From NCBI RefSeq assembly GCF_009914755.1, contig NC_060927.1: a stretch of DNA of 64,000 bases. One strand, given 5' to 3'. Under the pieces are notes generated by a model. The model saw only the letters and a program-made list of their open reading frames with translations, was not told the DNA's origin and ran no database searches. Shown here in pieces: positions 52,873 through 64,000 of the stretch (its first letter is position 1; each line of letters begins with the position of its first letter). Origin of the DNA: the human T2T-CHM13v2.0 reference genome, Homo sapiens. The position numbers were made by a program, and so were the translations under genes.

Positions 52873-54365
52873 AACTAAGGCATTAGCCAAGTAGATGGAA
52901 AGTGCTCAGGAAAGGATTCTGCTCTACTGTTGGTAATAATAAATCACATAATGATTTACAATTATTAATCACACGAATATAAAAATTATTATCTTCTCTA
53001 AGTTGCCATCTTCATATGCCACTATTGTACCTACAAAGTATTACTGTTTTCCTACTGCCCGCCACAAAGAAAACACAAAAAAATTAGTCATTATTTTCTT
53101 GCTCATTATTTGGAGCCCATGTTAGCTGACATATCTTATGTATGGTTGATATTTCCTGTCAAAAACAGCCTCTTATAGGAGAAAGCAGCAACGAGTCACC
53201 CTTGGTAACATGGCATTTTGACTCATCTCTGCCAATAGCCTTCCATTCAGACTTGAGCATGGTGACAGCCCTCAACTTGTTAGCCACACATCTTACTCAT
53301 ACTCTCAATCCAGGTTCTTTTCAAACCTACACATATCACACTTACATAGCACCTGTCCGGTGTGTTAAAGATGTCTAAAGTCTTGCGAATATATGAGCAT
53401 TTAATCAATGTTCTTGGTGTGAGACAGACATTAGGGGACAAGGAGATTAGTTAATCATACATTGTTCTTTACCATACATTACATAGATTGATTAACATGA
53501 AGGATATTGAAAACTAGGTTTTTTTGGTGGGGTTTTATGTATGATTTTTATTTGTGCTGATGTCTCTAAGGCAATTTTCTTTCTTAGTTAACTTGCGGTA
53601 TATTTTTAGGAAATTATAGCACAGCTCATAATGCAATGAAACAGTTCTTTAGTAATTCATTAGATAACCAAGTTTGCTGTTTTGATAGTAATTTTCAACC
53701 GCTTATTAAACCAGAAATAATACCTAAGTGATAATTTATATTTTGTTAGTCACCTTTTCATTCCTAATGCAAACAATGAGTCAATTATATTGGAATTAGT
53801 AAACTGTGTTAGAGAGATTTAATGTGTTCTTCATATAATACTAAGAGCCTATAAAGTCACATTCTTGTGCAATTACAAAAAGCAAGAAAGCCAAGGGAGC
53901 AAAAATGTTAACCATGCTATGACCTCCAGAAAGAAAAATCATCACGTTGTCAGATTTCATGATTTCCTTAGTTTGGAGTTAGATCTATTTTCTGAGTCTG
54001 TATTAATCTCAATATTTTCTTATTATCTTCCATTAACATAAGTTAATAAACTTTCAGGCCATTGCAAAGTTGATTTCAGTTTTCCAGTAGCTTTCCAGGT
54101 TTGTTTTAAAATCACATACCTAAATAATTTTTCAACTAATGAATTAGAAGAATCTTGATAGAGCTCATAATACAATGTTATGAATATGGGCAATTGTGAC
54201 CATTTTTATTGACACCTGGGACTCCCAATGTCTCATAGAGAGGGAAGACAAATTGAACATTCTGACAAGACATTTAATTTTGATATAAAATCTCTGTTCA
54301 TCAGTTTGACATGAAGCTAAGATGTTTAGAACTTAACCTCAAATGGTGGAAAGCATTGTGTAACT

Positions 54366-54552
54366 CAGGGGTTCTCAAAGTGTGCTCTGGAACCTGTAGC
54401 CACTGCGTCCCCTGCGACCTCGTTAGAAATACAGATTCCCTGTGCCTATCCCAGGCCTACTGAACCAGAAACTCTGTGGGTGGAGCTCATTAATCTGTGT
54501 TTTAACCAGCCTTCTGAAAGATTCTAAAGTATGCTCATGTTTGAGAATCACT
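54366..54552. mobile_element. MER5A (hAT-Charlie MITE)
   Basis: TIRs CAGGGGTTCTCAAA / TTTGAGAATCACTG and internal AGGCCTACTGAACCAGAAACTCTG. Confidence 0.85.
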
Positions 54553-55234
54553 GCTGTAGAAACCTGGAGGTTAATTTGTAAGAAATGTAAGAAAAATTAG
54601 AAAATGCAGAGGCAAATAAAGTCAAATAAATTTCTTTACTGTAGAGCCTCTGAGATCCTTTAACATGTAAAGAGTTATGGCAAATCTCCAACAGTGGTAC
54701 AGTGGGCAAGCACTTTGAGAAGAAAGGGGAGGAGTAAGACAGGCAAAGGAAATGTTGCCTTGAGTTGCTCAGTGGAAGATGCAAAATACCTAATAGCTAT
54801 TTAGGGTATCTTGTACATGTGGTACATTCTATTATGTGCATATATTTATGAAAAGTTTATAAAAATAGGTTAATTCTGTCAAGTCTTGAGGAGGTGAATT
54901 GAGGATAAGAAAACAATAAGAAACTCTAAAATGACTTGCTTTAGCACTGGGCCTTTCCAGGAACTCTGAGGGTCAGTGAATCCATTTGTCCACAAATATT
55001 TGTAAATTAAATATGTATGTCACATATGTACCATTCATCTCTTTTACTAATAAATGTAGATGCTGCTATGATAAAGTACAAATTGATATCAGAGCTCTAT
55101 GTTTCATTTTTTTTCTTATTTTTAGGCATTTTCCTGATCAACAAAAACCAAAGCACAACTCGTAATCAAATAGGGCCTTGAAATATTTGACTTTTAAAAA
55201 TGATTGAAAGCTACTTAAAAATATTATTTTTTGT

Positions 55235-55535
55235 TTTTTAGACTTTATTTTTTAGAGCAGCTTTAGGTTCACAACTAAATTGACCGGAAGATAAGGAGAT
55301 AGCCATTTATCCCTGCCCATGCATATTCACAGCTTCTAACCCCAGAGTGGTACATTTGCTGCAGTCAGGGAACCTAGATTGACATATCATTATCACCCAA
55401 AGTCCAAACTTTATGTTAGTGTTCACTCTTGGTTTTGTGCATTCCATGAATTTGGGAAAATGTGTAATGACATGTATCCACCATGATAGTATCATAGACA
55501 GTATTTTTACTGCCATAAAAATGGTCTGTGCCCTG
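55235..55535 (-). mobile_element. L1MC-type 3' fragment
   Basis: TTTTTAGAGCAGCTTTAGGTTCACA...GACATATCATTATCACCCAAAGTCC...ATGACATGTATCCACCAT. Confidence 0.8.
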
Positions 55536-57315
55536 CTTTGGTTGCTCCTCTGAAGAAAAAAGCCACTTTTCTTCAGGAACTGTGTTTTAGCTATCAAGAG
55601 TTATTTAAATTCTACTTTTAGAAGCTACTCTTTTTACAAAATTGGATTTAGATAAATGGTAGCACAAAATGGCCCTTTCAGAGTCTGCAGACCCCTGACA
55701 TCTGTAATTCCCCCAGCAGTAGGCCCTTCATGGTCTGTCTCTGACATCAAAGGTCTTTCTACTGACGTGGCTGTAGTCTTGGCTTTGTCTTTTACACTGG
55801 GGCATTGACATCAAGAGAAAGTGTTTTTCTTCCTTTCTCCTTTCTTTTTTTGTATTGGTTTTCTGCCTGAAGGCAGTATATCCAGTGCATGTGGCCATCC
55901 TGCCCTTTCTGTTGAAATAAAACAAACGGTCATTTTAAGAAGCTCCATGGGAAAGATCAACTCTTTCTGATGCTGGAGTCCTTAACATGCACGTCCAGCA
56001 CGATGACCAAGTACAGCCTTAGGTGAGATCTGGCTCATATATAGCCATGAAGTGCACTTTTCTTCCACCAGATGATACTGATTGCCTTCTCACCTTCTTA
56101 CCTCCCTTTCATAGTTATAGTCCACCTAGTAAGAGAAGAAAAGGAGAAATCACCATAAGATATCCCCTGAGGACTTCTGCACTGGATCGTGAACCTTGTT
56201 TCCTAGACCTACTTTTCTTTTCTGTTAGGGTTTGCATTTTTCAATTAAAATTCATTCAAAGAACTCCTGCCCAGAGGCATTTGATTATGCCTACACCTGC
56301 TATCTAGTTGCAGTGTTGAAAGGCATGGGCTCTGGAGTTAGATCGGGCGATATCCATATGTTTTCTCAACCTGAATTCCCTTGTTTGCATAACAGAGATA
56401 ATAAAGGTCCCTAGCTCATAAGCTTGCTCTGAGGAGTAAGTGACATGATGCTTGCAAAGCACTTAGCACGGTGCCAGGCGCAATACTTTTTAATGCTGAT
56501 CACTGTCATCAGCATTTCAACCAGAGACACACAGTCCACAGTAATTGAGCCACATAATGGGTTCTTGAGAAGTGACTAGAAGGTTAATGCTTTGGTAAAA
56601 GATTAGGAAAGTTGATTCTACCTATGATCTAGAATTAATTTCTCTAGAGATGCATGGGATGTGTAAAGATTCTTTTAATCAATTACTGTTGAATTACATT
56701 GCAGCAGCAAGGAATTTTAATTCTTAAAAACTACCTGGCTATGTAGATTCCTCTAACAGTAATTTTTGGGGGATAAGGAGTAGTGAGATGCTTGGCCACA
56801 GTTTTTAACTTTCCCCCAAATTACACCCACTACATAAAAGACTTATATGTTGTTTTTAATGATTGACAGCCAAATTAGGCAGCTGTTAAATCCTTACTTA
56901 TAGAAAATTCTGTGGAAAGTGGTAAAAATTGGGGTTAAAGTTTCAAGAAAAATTAATAGACATCAGGCTATCAAAATGTTTCTTGATTCTGAAATTAAAC
57001 TTTCACTTATAAGCTGAGAAGCCAACAATTTTGGTTCTAGAATACAGGTTACATAGGAGTGACCATATATGATTTTATTAACTGTTCACTTTTGAAAGCC
57101 TTATTATTTTGGGGAAACTTGAAGGTTCAAAATACATTTAATCACAGCCTTTCGCCCCTAAGCCACAGGGCCTACATTGCAGAACCAGTCAACTGATGAA
57201 AACAAGTGATCTGTGTTCAGAGTGTTTTCATTGCTAATCAAGTTGCATAATCATTTTTATCTAGTCTCTAAGTGTTTTGATTCATTTGCTTTGGAATTAC
57301 TCGACTTCTTCCTTA

Positions 57316-57651
<336 letters not shown>

Positions 57652-58756
57652 CTATCCTAACTCCTCCACTCCAATCTCTGTAATTTATGGTACAAGTTTA
57701 ATTTTTTTATTCATTTGTTTATATTTTTTACCTTTTAGAAACATGTCACCTTGACTGTTCTGTAGTCAGTTCTAACTACTTGCTGACCTTTATTTTTGCT
57801 ATTAAACCATTTATCTTCCATTACATAGACTATCTTCAGATAAGACCAGAGGCCATTCTCTCCAACCAGTCTTGCAAAGTTCACTACTTCACAATTGATA
57901 CTGCAACCATGAAATCAAACATGCCTCTGCATGGACCCCTAGTATGACCCAGGGGAAGTTGTCTTTCTGGGTGTAGGTCTCCCCATCTGAGTCGTCTCAG
58001 ACTTCCCTCCTAGCCTGGACTTTCAGTGAATTATCTCCTTTTTCCTGGAGAATCGCCCACCTACAGACCACTGAAGTTTCATTTGTGATAAGATGAAGGT
58101 GACAAAGGACTTTAAAAGCCTTGAAAGAAACATTAGGTTTATTTTAAGTGTTAGATACATAAAACAGTTGTAATGATAAAGAACAGCAGTGTATATAATA
58201 CTTACAGTTCCACTATAGTTTAAGTCACCAGTTTCTCCTTGAGGGTGGCAACAGGTGAGTTGAGAAAAGCCTCTTTTTTAGATACGCTATTATTTTGTCT
58301 AAGTGTGTTTTGCCAATTATAATAATAATGTTAATCCTGGTTATCACTTACTGCATTCCTGAGACTTTTCTGAAGGTCTTTTGCGTAGAGATTGAGCACA
58401 GACTTATTCAGAATAGATGGCGAGGTTGTCAACTAAACTGCCACGAGTTTATTTACACAAATGTCCTAAAGTCTATATTAAATATTTAGTTCTCAAGTAT
58501 GCTAAATCCCTAATATTAAAATTTATCTCTGACACAATTTTTGGTCACAGGATGTTCTATAGCTCTTATTTTCTTTCCCTTATGAAGCAGAAAACAAATA
58601 AAGGCTATGGATGCTTTTTTATGTTCAGTCAGTGGGTATAGGACAGGTGAAGGGGGATTTACAATGTGACTCACTTCTATAAATATTTTGCTCACTTTCC
58701 TTCAGTTTATATATTAATACTAATTTTAATTCATTCCTTAAGAGAGAATTGTGGAG

Positions 58757-58760
<4 letters not shown>

Positions 58761-58808
<48 letters not shown>

Positions 58809-58811
58809 TGT
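58761..58811. repeat. (TG)n microsatellite
   Basis: About 20 perfect TG units plus a short extension. Confidence 0.97.
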
Positions 58812-60411
58812 TTTGACAATTTTTCTCTTAAAGCCTTTCCATTTTCACTGATCTTTCAACTTTTCCTCTTTTCCATCCTTGGAGAATACCTCTATAGATG
58901 CTAACACCCCCCTTCCCCTATTTACCTCCCTCCCTCGCTCACTCCTTTCCTCCCCCTCTCTTTCTCCTTCCTGCCTTCCCTTGAATCCTAGCTCTGTCCT
59001 TTGATAAACTTGGGCAAGTGACTTAGTCTAAACCTTAGTTTCCACATCTGTTGCACTGTGTTTCTTTAACATGAAAACCTCCCATGTTGTTGGCAAATAA
59101 GACAGTCATGTCAGTATAACATGAAAATCCTTTTGGTTCATTTCCCACAGCATATTAATGCTTGAAGTAGTCAAAGACAAGTTTTATCATATTTAAAGAG
59201 AAAGTCTTAGCCCTAGATAAAGCATTACTTGGCTTTCCACAGGGCTCTGCTCTCTGGAGAAGTTGAGAATACAGAGGCAGCAGCTGCAGAGACAATACTG
59301 TCTGTGCTAACACAGGACATTCATAAAGAAGGCTGTCTCTGGGATCAGATTTTAATTTTTTGAAAAAGGATCAACATTAGAAGCATCTATACTTGTTATC
59401 CGTGGTCTACCTTTTGAGAGAGGAAGCAGGAGCCCCAGTGTTTAAGGCTGTCTGGGATGCTAGCTGCAGAATCCAGTAGAAATTTAACCAGCTGATGCTG
59501 AATTAGGGTTTACTGATTGTTGTTATTCGTGCTCCGGTTATAAAGGTGCATAGGTTTTGAGGGATCTGCCCCCAATCTTCTTTTTTCTTAATATGCCCTG
59601 CTATTCATAGGTGTGATTTTTGCAGAACGTGATGTTTTCCAGGACTGTAGAAATGGAGTTAGAGCATAAACACCTGAACCAACCTCAGAGCTGTAATTAA
59701 ATGAATTCATGTATGTAAGTACCTAGCACAGCCCCTGAGCTGGTTGGCTTTGATTGGAGTCTTGAAGGACAAGTAGGAAAGGGCTTAATCAGTATCAGCT
59801 AGTACTGTTGAACCCTTCAAACATTGCAGTTCAGCCTCAGAAGGTGAGGGACGTATCCCTGTAGTGGTTTGTGTTGAGTGGAAACTTGAATAACAAGTAG
59901 GGTTATACCCAAAAGACTAGGATGAGGGGGCATGGCACATGGAGAGAAATGAAGCAACAATACATACTCTGGATTTTGGTGTGAAGCAGTGAAATGCAAG
60001 GTAGCAGAAGGTAGGACTAGGAGGGTATTGGGAACTGAAGCTAGATGGATGAGCAGGGGCCAGGAGCTTGGGTCTGATGCAGTCAGGATTGGGTAGCCAT
60101 CAACAGCGTGTCTTCATTTTCCTTTTAGGAAAGAAGAAGGTGGTTAAGGTGGACTTCTATGGGAGCTGGTGGAGATGGTGGCGTTGGTTTTGGAGGAATG
60201 CAGTTGGAGGTGGGGAGGCGATCAAAATGATTTGGGGAATGAGTGATGAAAGTGTTGGCTCCAGAAGACGTAAGAAGAAAGCACTGGTTAAAGAAAATTA
60301 AGGAGTAAAGTATATGGAACCTTGCCAGACAGAAGGAAGAAGGCATAATACTATAATGCTTTACAGAGAAGAAAAACTGAACATAGTAGAGCTTAAGAAA
60401 TTGGTCTATAT

Positions 60412-60627
60412 TGGGAGTTGACAAACAATGTCCATGGGCCAAATCCTGCTACCATCTTTTTTGGTAAAGTTTTATTAGAATACAGTCATGCTGATTTATT
60501 TTCATAGGGTCTTTGGTTCCTTTCACACTACAATGACAGATTTAAGTAGTACAACAGAGACCTTGCGCCCACAAAGCTGAAAATAATTATCCTCTGGACA
60601 TTTATAGAGAAAGTTTGCTGACTGCTG
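60412..60627. mobile_element. MER58A-like (hAT-Charlie)
   Basis: GGAGTTGACAAAC...GGGCCAAATCC...AAAGTTTTATTAGAATACAGTCATGC...GAAAGTTTGCTGACTGCTG. Confidence 0.8.
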
Positions 60628-61524
60628 ATCTGTGTGTATAGCTAGTAAGTAGACCTGGGATTCAAATCTTCGAGAGTTGGGATCATATCTCTTTTGCTCA
60701 CTTCTGTATCCTGGGCATTTTGCATTGTGTCTAACATATAGTAAGCCCTCATAAATTAACATTTATTGAATTAACCTACAAATGAATGAATGAATTAATA
60801 AAATCACAAAGTCAAGTCTACCTGAGTCACAGCTTGTGCTAGTCATTATTATTCTGTACTGATTCTTACAAAGATGTTGAATGGGAGTTGATATACAAAA
60901 CAAATATATTTATTGAGTGCCAACAATATATAAGGCATGTTCTTCGTTTTAGGATACAGTGAAAAACAGATTTTCATGTGCCCTTGTGGAACTCACTGCT
61001 AACAGGGAAGACACATGTTAATTAAATAATCACAGAAATGCATGCACAGTTTCAGCCTCAACAGGTACCAGACAGGAGAGGGGCACAGAGTTTTGAGAGC
61101 TGCCAATGGGAAGATGTGATGTAAAGAGTCCAAGAAGTCTTTCCCCTGTTCACCTGTCTTGTGATCTGAAGAGTGAGTGAACTTTAGTTTAAAAGGGATG
61201 TGGGATGAGTATTTCAGGCAGCAAGCACTGCATGTGCAAAGGACCTGTGTCAGGAGAGAGCAGGCAAGAAACAAAGAGAAGGTTGGTCTTGCTGGAGGAG
61301 CAACAGCAAAGGGGATCATGGTAAGGACTGAGGCTGGAGAGATAGGCATGGGGTCTTGTGATCAAGATAGTGAAGTCAGTCTGCTTCTAGAGCCAAGTCT
61401 AAACTAGAGCTGCAAGTTTGGGACTCAGTAATAGAGTAAGTATTGTAGTTAAAGAAGAGTATTGTACACACCAGAGAGAGGGCTGTGAGAGAAGATGTGA
61501 TCCTTGAGAAGTACTCTGGAACAT

Positions 61525-61592
61525 GCCAGTAGGACAGAGAGGGAGAACCTATGAAGCAGCCAGTAGGACAGAGGGGGAGAACTTATGAAGCA
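61525..61592. repeat. Tandem duplication, 2 x 34 nt
   Basis: GCCAGTAGGACAGAG(A/G)GGGAGAAC(C/T)TATGAAGCA twice. Confidence 0.95.
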
Positions 61593-62369
61593 ATGTAAAA
61601 ACACAGGAACAAAGCTTGGAGAACCAGGATGGTAAAGGTTTTGAAATGGAAGGTTATGGCATGCATGTCTAGGATTGAAAAGTGTCTATTGGGTTGGTCT
61701 TTTGTGTGATCACTGTGACCTTGGAAAGAACAGGTTTGGGAGAGTGGAGGGGAATGGCTGGAGCTGGTAATTTGTTGAATGAATGGGAAGAGGAAATGGA
61801 AACAAGCATTTATTCATTCATTTACCCAACAAGTAGTTATTGAACATCTTTGTATTAGGGATCTAATGGTGAGTGAAAACACATAAGATCCTTGTTCTCC
61901 TGGGGCTTACTGTTAAGTAGAGAGGTGGGTACTTAGTCAAACAATCTCCCTACCACCACCCAAAAAGATGTATGAACACTAAAGGCTACAGTAATTGCTG
62001 TAAAGGAAAGAAAGAAAGTTTTGTAGGAATATGTAGCAGAGAACGGGGGAAGTGTTTGGGCCGGGAAGAGTTCTCCAACTAAGTGATCTTGGAGCTGAAG
62101 GAAGCATAGGTGTGAGCTTTGTGAAAGCTGTGGTGAGAGAAAATTTCAGCAGGTGGAGAAAAGCAGATGCTGAGACCCTGCAGTGTCAGAGAGCTAGAAG
62201 CTCCAGGAAATAAGAAGTGAGGTCCAGAGTGGTTATGTGTGAAGAGCAGTGATGAGAATTGTGCACTACAAGGCTAAAAGGTGGGCAGGGGCCAGGGGCC
62301 TAGGGTTTAAGCTCCCAGGACTTAATCCTTAAGACCATCTAAAGGATTATTGTCTTTATTTTAAGAGCA

Positions 62370-62409
62370 ATGGGAAGCCATGGAAAGGCATGGGAAGCCA
62401 TGGAAAGGT
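62370..62409. repeat. Tandem duplication, 2 x 20 nt
   Basis: ATGGGAAGCCATGGAAAGG(C/T) twice. Confidence 0.95.
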
Positions 62410-64000
62410 ATAGGCTAGGGGAGCCACACCTGGGTTTTAAGGAGTGTAGTCTGCTCTTTGCAGAGACAGCGTAAACCTGTTAGACCTTTCTGAACCAACA
62501 TGGGTACATGGCACGGAGAAGGATTCTCATCTCAGGGGGTTATCATTCCCTCTTCTGAGTGTGGAGTCATCTAAGCTCTTCAGAAAACCTCCAGCTCAGA
62601 TATAACTTATGCCTGCCTTGGCAGAAGAACATGAAGGTTTCTCCTAAAACCCACTTGGAAAAAATTCTTTTTTCCAAGTCTCCAAGAAGACTTGGAGAAT
62701 GTCTTCTAAGGACTGCATAAGCTATAACTTCAGGAGACATGAATTTCTGGGTTAAACCAATTGCAGGCAAAAAGAAAAAAGCATAGGCAACTTCTGAGAT
62801 AAATGATTTCAAGGGCTTTAGGCTTGAGTTACCTCTGAGTGATGTCTCTCCTTGGGGTCTGCCAGGGCACATGATACAGCAAGTGTTTTAGAGACCTCTC
62901 TCTATAAAAGCCATTTTGACCCCTCTCCACTTATGCACCATTCTGTCCTCAGATTTGATGAATAGAGAAAGCTTTGCTAAGAATAACTGACTTGCTCAGT
63001 ACCTCTTAATATTCAAAGAAGTCTTTGCATATTAGGAGGACTTGATTTCTGCCGAGTGGGAGGGGTGGGGAAATAATAGATTTTCAGGGAAGGTAATGGT
63101 GGGCCCTATTGGGAGTGGAGGCAGAAAACAGTGGCCTTCCTGGTCACACTTCTAATCACAGAGAGTGGGTGACCCTCCCCTCTGCTCCCAGCTAACACAC
63201 ACCTCAGCCACCCTGTTGCAGCCGGTTTATTTTTGCATCAATAATAACCGTCCTCCATGGAATTAAAAAATCGTGATATTTCCCTGTGGTTCTTGCCTAC
63301 ATTTTCCTGTTTCTGAACCAACCAACTCTCTTCCTTTTGCTTGGAGAGCACATCCTTAATTAGTTTTGCATAACATGTGTGGTACAATTACCTGAATTCC
63401 TTCTCCTCCTTCTTGGCCCTGTTTAACCAAACACCTCCCACGTCTTTGTTCTTTGTGCTCATCCTGATTGACTCATGAGGTGACACTGGCTGACACTTGG
63501 CAAACCAGTGACCTTCTTTTTGAGCTAGAGTTGACAAAACCTGATAGAACAGGGTAAAAAGGGGGAGGCAGAAGCCTGCAGCCAGCCCTTTTTTTGTTAA
63601 GGAGAAAGCAGCATGGGTAAATATATTAAGAAGAAGTTCTGCTTTGAATACTTTGGGAATATTTGACAAAATTATCTGTTGAAGAACAAAAGTAACATGT
63701 TTAAGGCAAATAAAGGATGAGGAGCAATGCTCAATCAGGAAAAATGAGGTAGAGGGATAGAGTAGTGATTATACCATGTCTATTTTAGAGATATTATGTA
63801 CTTTATGAAATTCTTGCATTTGTTAACTATTAAAATCAGAAGAATTTACCTGGAAAAGTAATAGCCAGGGAGGAAAAATAGGTTTAACACACCTTGAGCA
63901 CCAGAAGCTGTCCTATGTTCATTTTCCCAGAAACGGTGTTTTCAATTAAAAAACAAAACAAAACAAAAAAAACCTATGAGGATGGAATGAGGTATGTGTT

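Larger units (their letters stand above)
60660..62420. mobile_element. Cluster of degraded L2 fragments
   Basis: Several L2 terminus signatures (ATTTATTGAAT..AATGAATGAATGAA at ~60760-60795, ATTTATTGAGTGCC ~60908, ATTCATTCATATTT..TATTGAAC ~61812) and purine-rich L2-like body; boundaries approximate. Confidence 0.55.

Overview
Human (primate) genomic DNA, AT-rich and repeat-rich, covering the 5' multi-promoter region of MITF (+ strand). Supported exons: coding first exon 1H (MEALRVQMFMPCSFESLYL, ATG 29240, donor 29296) and the shared 250-nt exon 1B1b (42083-42332), with its in-frame 1B1a extension (ATG 42054) and internal Met (42135). Probable non-coding first exons are 1E (ends 1579) and 1D (ends 39313); I assigned these from splice signals, exon order and recalled isoform sequences, without a database check. 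The rest is intron with Alus (including young AluYa5 and AluYd8 copies), a 5'-inverted L1PA, old L1/L2/MIR/MLT1 pieces and DNA-transposon relics. The most unusual structure lies between exons 1H and 1D: an inverted duplication of ~540 bp of mostly non-TE sequence (about 32377-33701 vs 36259-36803). Its inner ~100 bp is ~97% identical between arms even though an old AluS splits it. The left arm also carries an unidentified, sense-oriented, polyA-tailed ~350-bp retro-insert. Separately, splicing 1E to 1B1b creates a strong-context 17-codon uORF ending 11 nt before the main ATG. No prokaryotic features, CRISPR arrays or RNA genes are supported.
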